From the IMG/VR virus record IMGVR_UViG_2648501920_000012: a DNA stretch of 4,936 nt; one strand, written 5' to 3'. The notes under the pieces were generated by a model, which worked only from the letters and a program-made list of their open reading frames with translations, did no database searches and was not told where the DNA came from. A program made the translations under genes and the position numbers. Of this stretch, positions 1 to 4,936 are shown one piece after another; position 1 is the stretch's first letter, and each line of letters starts with the position of its first letter. The stretch is from a virus. Lineage: Duplodnaviria > Heunggongvirae > Uroviricota > Caudoviricetes.

Positions 1-2514
1 ACCTGTAATGCGTACCTGACCACACAGCGCAAGGCGTGGGATGTGCTCAGTGATTTCTGCTCGGCGATGCGCTGTATGCCGGTATGGAACGGGCAGACGC
101 TGACGTTCGTGCAGGACCGACCATCAGATAAGGTGTGGACCTATAACCGCAGTAATGTGGTGATGCCGGATGATGGCGCGCCGTTCCGCTACAGCTTCAG
201 CGCCCTGAAGGACCGCCATAATGCCGTTGAGGTGAACTGGATTGACCCGGATAACGGCTGGGAGACGGCGACAGAGCTCGTGGAGGATACGCAGGCCATT
301 GCCCGTTACGGTCGTAATGTCACGAAGATGGATGCCTTTGGCTGTACCAGTCGGGGGCAGGCACACCGCGCCGGGCTGTGGCTGATTAAAACGGAACTGC
401 TGGAAACGCAGACCGTGGATTTCAGCGTCGGCGCAGAAGGGCTTCGCCATGTACCGGGCGATGTTATTGAAATCTGTGATGATGACTATGCCGGTATCAG
501 CACCGGTGGTCGTGTGCTGGCGGTGAACAGCCAGACCCGGACGCTGACGCTCGACCGTGAAATCACGCTGCCATCCTCCGGTACCACGCTGATAAGCCTG
601 GTTGACGGAAGTGGCAATCCGGTCAGCGTGGAGGTTCAGTCCGTCACCGACGGCGTGAAGGTAAAAGTGAGCCGTGTTCCTGACGGTGTTGCTGAATACA
701 GCGTATGGGGGCTGAAGCTGCCGACGCTGCGCCAGCGCCTGTTCCGCTGTGTGAGTATCCGGGAGAACGATGACGGTACGTATGCCATCACCGCCGTGCA
801 GCATGTACCGGAAAAAGAAGCCATCGTGGATAACGGGGCGCACTTTGACGGCGACCAGAGCGGCACGGTGAATGGTGTCACGCCGCCAGCGGTGCAGCAC
901 CTGACCGCCGAAGTCACCACAGACAGCGGGGAATATCAGGTGCTGGCGCGATGGGACACGCCGAAGGTGGTGAAGGGCGTGAGCTTCCTGCTTCGCCTTA
1001 CCGTGGCAGCGGACGACGGCAGTGAGCGGCTGGTCAGCATGGCCCGGACGACGGAAACCACATACCGCTTCAGGCAACTGGCGCTGGGGAACTACAGGCT
1101 GACAGTCCGGGCGGTAAATGCGTGGGGGCAGCAGGGCGATCCGGCATCGGTATCGTTCCGGATTGCCGCACCGGCAGCGCCGTCGCAGATTGAGCTGACA
1201 CCGGGGTATTTTCAGATAACCGCCACGCCCCATCTTGCCGTTTATGATCCGACGGTACAGTTTGAGTTCTGGTTCTCGGAAAAGCGGATTGCGGATATCA
1301 GGCAGGTTGAAACCACAGCCCGCTATCTTGGCACGGCGCTGTACTGGATAGCTGCCAGTATCAATATCAAACCGGGCCATGATTATTATTTTTACATCCG
1401 CAGTGTGAACACCGTTGGCAAATCGGCATTTGTGGAGGCTGTTGGCCAGCCGAGTGATGATGCATCCGGCTATCTGGATTTTTTCAAAGGCGAGATAGGG
1501 AAAAGCCATCTGGCTCAGGAGCTGTGGACGCAGATTGATAACGGTCAGCTTGCGCCTGACCTGGCTGAAATCAGGACGTCCATTACGGATGTCAGCAATG
1601 AAATCACGCAGACCGTCAATAAGAAACTGGAAGACCAGAGTGCGGCAATTCAGCAGATACAGAAGGTTCAGGTTGATACAAATAATAACCTGAACAGCAT
1701 GTGGGCTGTGAAGCTGCAGCAGATGCAGGACGGACGCCTTTATATCGCGGGTATTGGTGCCGGTATTGAGAACACCCCTGACGGCATGCAGAGTCAGGTG
1801 CTGCTGGCGGCGGACAGGATTGCGATGATTAATCCTGCGAATGGCAATACAAAGCCGATGTTTGTTGGGCAGGGCGATCAGATATTCATGAACGAAGTGT
1901 TCCTGAAATATCTGACGGCTCCCACCATTACCAGCGGTGGCAATCCCCCAACGTTTTCACTGACACCTGATGGTCGACTTTCTGCGAGAAATGCGGATAT
2001 CAGCGGTAACGTGAATGCGAACTCCGGGACGCTCAATAATGTCACGATTAACCAGAACTGTCGGATTCTGGGAAAACTGTCAGCTAACCAGATTGAAGGT
2101 GATATTGTCAAAACGGTGGGAAAAGCCTTTCCGAGAAATGGCAGTTATGCCAGCGGTACAATAACGGTCACTGTGTACGATGACCAGGCTTTTGACCGTC
2201 AGATAGTCGTCCCCCCCGTTCTGTTTCGCGGTGGTAAGCATGAAAACTTCAACAGCAACAACCAACAGTCATACTGGTATTCAACCTGTAAGCTGCAGGT
2301 GCTGAAGAACGGACAGGAAATCTTTCAGCAACCCGCGACGGATGTCAGCAGGGTATTTTCATCAGTCATTGATATGCCTGCCGGACACGGCCATGTCACC
2401 CTGACTTTCAATGTTTCTTCATATGGTGCAAATAACTGGACGCCAACGACCAGTATCAGCGACCTTCTTGTTGTCGTGATGAAGAAATCAACAGCCGGCA
2501 TCAGTATCAGTTGA
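1..2514 (+). CDS. J: Host specificity protein J (tail tip / central fibre), 5'-partial; the gene begins upstream of the window
   Basis: Frame 1 is open from base 1 to the TGA at 2512-2514 (the ORF track's M at 43 is internal). The translation [44 protein letters not shown]... matches the central part of lambda gpJ almost residue for residue as I recall it, through ...[21 protein letters not shown]. From about nt 1490 onward it is divergent but still alignable to the lambda J C-terminus (conserved blocks [43 protein letters not shown]). Codon usage is coherent over the whole length. Confidence 0.95.
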   Translation, partial: TCNAYLTTQRKAWDVLSDFCSAMRCMPVWNGQTLTFVQDRPSDKVWTYNRSNVVMPDDGAPFRYSFSALKDRHNAVEVNWIDPDNGWETATELVEDTQAIARYGRNVTKMDAFGCTSRGQAHRAGLWLIKTELLETQTVDFSVGAEGLRHVPGDVIEICDDDYAGISTGGRVLAVNSQTRTLTLDREITLPSSGTTLISLVDGSGNPVSVEVQSVTDGVKVKVSRVPDGVAEYSVWGLKLPTLRQRLFRCVSIRENDDGTYAITAVQHVPEKEAIVDNGAHFDGDQSGTVNGVTPPAVQHLTAEVTTDSGEYQVLARWDTPKVVKGVSFLLRLTVAADDGSERLVSMARTTETTYRFRQLALGNYRLTVRAVNAWGQQGDPASVSFRIAAPAAPSQIELTPGYFQITATPHLAVYDPTVQFEFWFSEKRIADIRQVETTARYLGTALYWIAASINIKPGHDYYFYIRSVNTVGKSAFVEAVGQPSDDASGYLDFFKGEIGKSHLAQELWTQIDNGQLAPDLAEIRTSITDVSNEITQTVNKKLEDQSAAIQQIQKVQVDTNNNLNSMWAVKLQQMQDGRLYIAGIGAGIENTPDGMQSQVLLAADRIAMINPANGNTKPMFVGQGDQIFMNEVFLKYLTAPTITSGGNPPTFSLTPDGRLSARNADISGNVNANSGTLNNVTINQNCRILGKLSANQIEGDIVKTVGKAFPRNGSYASGTITVTVYDDQAFDRQIVVPPVLFRGGKHENFNSNNQQSYWYSTCKLQVLKNGQEIFQQPATDVSRVFSSVIDMPAGHGHVTLTFNVSSYGANNWTPTTSISDLLVVVMKKSTAGISIS

Positions 2515-2533
2515 ATTTTAAAACCCAAATTCG

Positions 2534-2560
2534 GGCACCAGAAATGGTGCCTTTTTTATT
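2534..2560 (+). terminator. Candidate rho-independent terminator or attenuator between J and the fibre gene
   Basis: Perfect 6-bp inverted repeat GGCACC (2534-2539) / GGTGCC (2546-2551) around a 6-nt loop AGAAAT, followed directly by TTTTTTATT (2552-2560). It begins 20 nt after the J stop codon. Confidence 0.5.
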
Positions 2561-2563
2561 TGT

Positions 2564-2567
2564 GGAG
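2564..2567 (+). promoter_or_regulatory. Shine-Dalgarno (GGAG) for the tail fibre gene
   Basis: GGAG at 2564-2567, 5 nt upstream of the ATG at 2573. Confidence 0.5.
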
Positions 2568-2572
2568 TGAAT

Positions 2573-4594
2573 ATGGCAGTACAGATTTCAGGTGTGCTGA
2601 AAGACGGTGCAGGAAAACCGATACAGAACTGCACCATTCAGCTCAAAGCAAAACGTAACAGCACCACAGTTGTGGTGAACACGGTGGCCTCAGAAAATCC
2701 GGATGAAGCCGGACGTTACAGCATGGATGTTGAGTATGGCCAGTACAGCGTCGCCCTGCTGGTTGAAGGTTTTCCGCCTTCACATGCCGGGACCATCACC
2801 GTGTATGAGGATTCTAAGCCGGGGACATTGAATGATTTTCTGGGCGCTGCAACAGAAGATGATGTTTGTCCGGAGGCACTGTATCGTTTTGAAAAGATGG
2901 TGGAAGAGGCGGCACGCAACGCTGAAGCCGCCTCTCAGAGCGCAGCGGCAGCAAAGAAATCAGAAACAGCAGCGGCATCGTCCAGGAACGCGGCGAAAAC
3001 ATCAGAGACGAATGCAGGTAACAGCGCGAAAGCGGCAGCTTCTTCAAAAACAGCCGCACAAAACGCAGCAACAGCGGCAGAACGTTCAGAGACAAATGCC
3101 CGTGCGTCAGAAGAAGCCTCCGCAGACAGTGAAGAGGCTTCCCGCCGTAATGCAGAGTCAGCCGCTGAAAATGCCGGAGTCGCCACCACAAAAGCGCGGG
3201 AGGCCGCAGCAGACGCAACAAAGGCCGGGCAGAAAAAGGATGAGGCTCTGTCGGCAGCGACACGAGCTGAAAAGGCGGCAGACCGCGCAGAAGCCGCAGC
3301 GGAAGTGACTGCAGAGCCCTGTGCGAATATAGTGCCGCCGCTGCCTGATGTGTGGATACCGTTTAACGATTCACTGGATATGATTACGGGTTTTTCGCCA
3401 TCTTATAAAAAGATAGTTATTGGTGACGATGAAATAACAATGCCAGGCGACAAGATTGTTAAGTTTAAACGTGCTTCAACAGCAACGTATATTAATAAGT
3501 CCGGCCAACTCAAGCTTGCTGAAGTTGACGAACCGCGATTTGAGCGCGATGGCTTATTGATTGAAGGACAGAGGACAAATTATCTGAGGAACTCAAATAA
3601 ACCAGACTCATGGACTGTTCATTCCGCACTGAATAAAACATTTGGCACTGATAAACAGGGGTTCAATTATGCCACGGTGACACCCACGGAAAGTATAGTG
3701 GGAACAACAGGTGGCTATACTGTGCATGGTGTGGTTGCAGCAGACAGATTCCCGCTGGCAAGTGGTGAATGTTTCACTTTTTCGTGCCGGGTTAAAGGCG
3801 CTAAAGCACGATGCAGGTTAAGAGTTTCAGTTATTATTGGTGGAACAGATACCTTCTCTGCTGACTCTTATCTTGATCTGGATACCCGGATCGCAACAGT
3901 AAGCGGTAATACATCCCTTATAACAGCCAAAGCTGAACAACAGGGCGAGTGGACCTACTATGAGGCCACTTATACAGCTAATACGGACATTGATACCGTT
4001 AACTGTGCTTTTTATATGACAAATAAAATAAGTAATGAGCCATTCTATGATGACTCAACATTAACCATGACGACGCCGCAAATTGAACTGGGCAATACGG
4101 CATCGTCATTTATTGTAACTACAATGCCAACAACACGCGCAAGTGATGTAGTTACTATCCCATCGCAGAATAACCTGTCAACACGGCCTTTTACGGTATT
4201 GTGCGAAGTAAGCAGGAACTGGAGTACACCGCCCAATGTTGCGCCAAGGATATTTGATGTTGGAGGGCACAGTATTGATGATAATTATTTATCGCTGGGG
4301 TTTGTTGCAACAGGAAAGATAAGCGCCAACGTAGGAATGGTTCAGCCACAAATTGCCTCAGATGGAGAAAGGTTCATTGTGGGTGTGAGAGCTAAATCTG
4401 ATTTATCAGTAAATGCAATATGCAATGGTAATTATACAACAAACCTTAATGGTAAAATATTTGGAGTTACAGCAACATCGTACCGGTTTGGTGGGCAGAC
4501 CGCAGCAGGAACGCGTCATTTGTTTGGACACATCAGAAATTTCAGAGTCTGGTTTAAAGAATTAAATGACAGGCAAATCAAGGAGGCAGTATGA
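2573..4594 (+). CDS. stf: Side tail fibre protein, lambda Stf-like N-terminus with a divergent distal (probable receptor-binding) domain; 673 aa
   Basis: ATG at 2573 is preferred over the in-frame GTG at 2567 used by the ORF track, because of the GGAG spacing and because lambda Stf begins MAVKISGVLKDG. The first ~100 residues (MAVQISGVLKDGAGKPIQNCTIQLKAKRNSTTVVVNTVASENPDEAGRYSMDVEYGQYSVALLVEGFPPSHAGTITVYEDSKPGTLNDFL) are near-identical to lambda Stf from memory. An Ala/Ser/Glu-rich low-complexity shaft follows (SETNA-type repeats), then a ~430-aa AT-rich C-terminal region I cannot match to lambda Stf. Stop TGA at 4592-4594. Confidence 0.9.
   Translation: MAVQISGVLKDGAGKPIQNCTIQLKAKRNSTTVVVNTVASENPDEAGRYSMDVEYGQYSVALLVEGFPPSHAGTITVYEDSKPGTLNDFLGAATEDDVCPEALYRFEKMVEEAARNAEAASQSAAAAKKSETAAASSRNAAKTSETNAGNSAKAAASSKTAAQNAATAAERSETNARASEEASADSEEASRRNAESAAENAGVATTKAREAAADATKAGQKKDEALSAATRAEKAADRAEAAAEVTAEPCANIVPPLPDVWIPFNDSLDMITGFSPSYKKIVIGDDEITMPGDKIVKFKRASTATYINKSGQLKLAEVDEPRFERDGLLIEGQRTNYLRNSNKPDSWTVHSALNKTFGTDKQGFNYATVTPTESIVGTTGGYTVHGVVAADRFPLASGECFTFSCRVKGAKARCRLRVSVIIGGTDTFSADSYLDLDTRIATVSGNTSLITAKAEQQGEWTYYEATYTANTDIDTVNCAFYMTNKISNEPFYDDSTLTMTTPQIELGNTASSFIVTTMPTTRASDVVTIPSQNNLSTRPFTVLCEVSRNWSTPPNVAPRIFDVGGHSIDDNYLSLGFVATGKISANVGMVQPQIASDGERFIVGVRAKSDLSVNAICNGNYTTNLNGKIFGVTATSYRFGGQTAAGTRHLFGHIRNFRVWFKELNDRQIKEAV
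2930..3300 (+). repeat. Low-complexity Ala/Ser/Glu-rich repeat region inside the fibre gene (shaft segment)
   Basis: Translation is dominated by degenerate repeated units (AAASSRNAAKTSETNAGNSAKAAASSKTAAQNAATAAERSETNARASEEA...). GCN-rich DNA of this kind produces long spurious ORFs in other frames and on the opposite strand (2832..3308 +, 2935..3189 -, 2814..3263 -). Confidence 0.6.
4579..4585 (+). promoter_or_regulatory. Strong Shine-Dalgarno (AAGGAGG) for the small ORF downstream of the fibre gene
   Basis: AAGGAGG lies inside the last codons of stf, a few nt upstream of the ATG at 4591; that ATG overlaps the stf stop as ATGA (4591-4594). Confidence 0.55.
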
Positions 4595-4693
4595 AAGATT
4601 TAACTTTGAAATTTCCTGGTAACAGAGAGTTTAAATCCTTCCTGTCATCTCTTGACTGGGAGGAGGATGAAGACCTCCAGAATAAACTGTTAG

Positions 4694-4716
<23 letters not shown>
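4591..4716 (+). pseudogene. Small ORF translationally coupled to the fibre gene, truncated by IS5; the native part is 4591-4693 (34 codons), the last 7 codons and the stop are read from the IS5 left end
   Basis: ATG at 4591 overlaps the stf stop (ATGA) and follows a strong SD. Translation is MKDLTLKFPGNREFKSFLSSLDWEEDEDLQNKLL, then GKVRTSP* encoded by the IS5 terminal sequence GGAAGGTGCGAACAAGTCCCTGA. I do not recognise the family; by position it could be a fibre assembly/chaperone gene or the first cargo gene. Confidence 0.6.

Positions 4717-4936
<220 letters not shown>

Noticed and set aside
636-920. 94-aa minus-strand ORF inside J
   Set aside because: Antisense to J and nested within the larger spurious antisense ORF; no independent support.
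124-1509. 461-aa ORF on the minus strand overlapping the J gene
   Set aside because: Entirely antisense to a strongly supported, lambda-J-homologous coding frame. The product is Arg/Cys/Pro-rich low-complexity sequence typical of the reverse frame of GC-rich coding DNA, with no recognisable start context.
1878-2528. Three short minus-strand ORFs (1878..2111, 2080..2265, 2325..2528) in the J 3' region
   Set aside because: All are antisense to the J coding frame, short, and without convincing ribosome-binding sites; most likely chance ORFs.
2567-2572. GTG start at 2567 for the fibre gene (as in the ORF track, giving MNMAVQ...)
   Set aside because: The ATG at 2573 has correct spacing from GGAG and reproduces the lambda Stf N-terminus; the GTG merely extends the ORF by two codons into the SD.
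2515-2572. A lom-like outer-membrane protein gene between J and the fibre gene
   Set aside because: The gap is only 58 bp and no ORF exists there; lom is simply absent from this prophage.
2930-3300. Possible CRISPR-like or tandem DNA repeat array
   Set aside because: The repetition is degenerate and at the protein level (Ala/Ser/Glu-rich shaft), with no regular direct repeats and spacers; it lies inside a continuous coding frame.
2716-3308. ORFs in alternate frames and on the opposite strand across the fibre repeat region (2716..2919 -, 2814..3263 -, 2832..3308 +, 2935..3189 -)
   Set aside because: Artefacts of the GCN-rich Ala-repeat coding sequence. Shifted frames give Arg/Gln-rich or Ala-rich low-complexity products; the true frame is the one matching lambda Stf.
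4045-4236. 63-aa minus-strand ORF inside the fibre distal domain
   Set aside because: Antisense to the fibre coding frame, short, no start signals.

Overview
This window is the distal tail-fibre end of a lambda-like (lambdoid) prophage late operon, on the + strand, interrupted at its 3' end by an IS5 insertion. It holds the 3' ~2.5 kb of a host-specificity protein J gene (start lies upstream of the window), a 58-bp intergenic spacer with a terminator-like hairpin, a 673-aa side tail fibre (Stf-like) gene, and a small translationally coupled ORF cut after codon 34 by the left end of IS5. IS5 then runs off the window with the start of its transposase (insH). No lom gene is present between J and the fibre gene. 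Both J and the fibre look mosaic: segments that match lambda from memory are joined to divergent, visibly more AT-rich distal domains, which is where receptor specificity is normally encoded. I see no CRISPR array, RNA gene, toxin-antitoxin pair or recognisable defence system; the most interesting content is the divergent fibre domain and the IS5-disrupted gene at the edge of the cargo region. All homology statements are from memory of lambda J, lambda Stf and IS5, not from a search.
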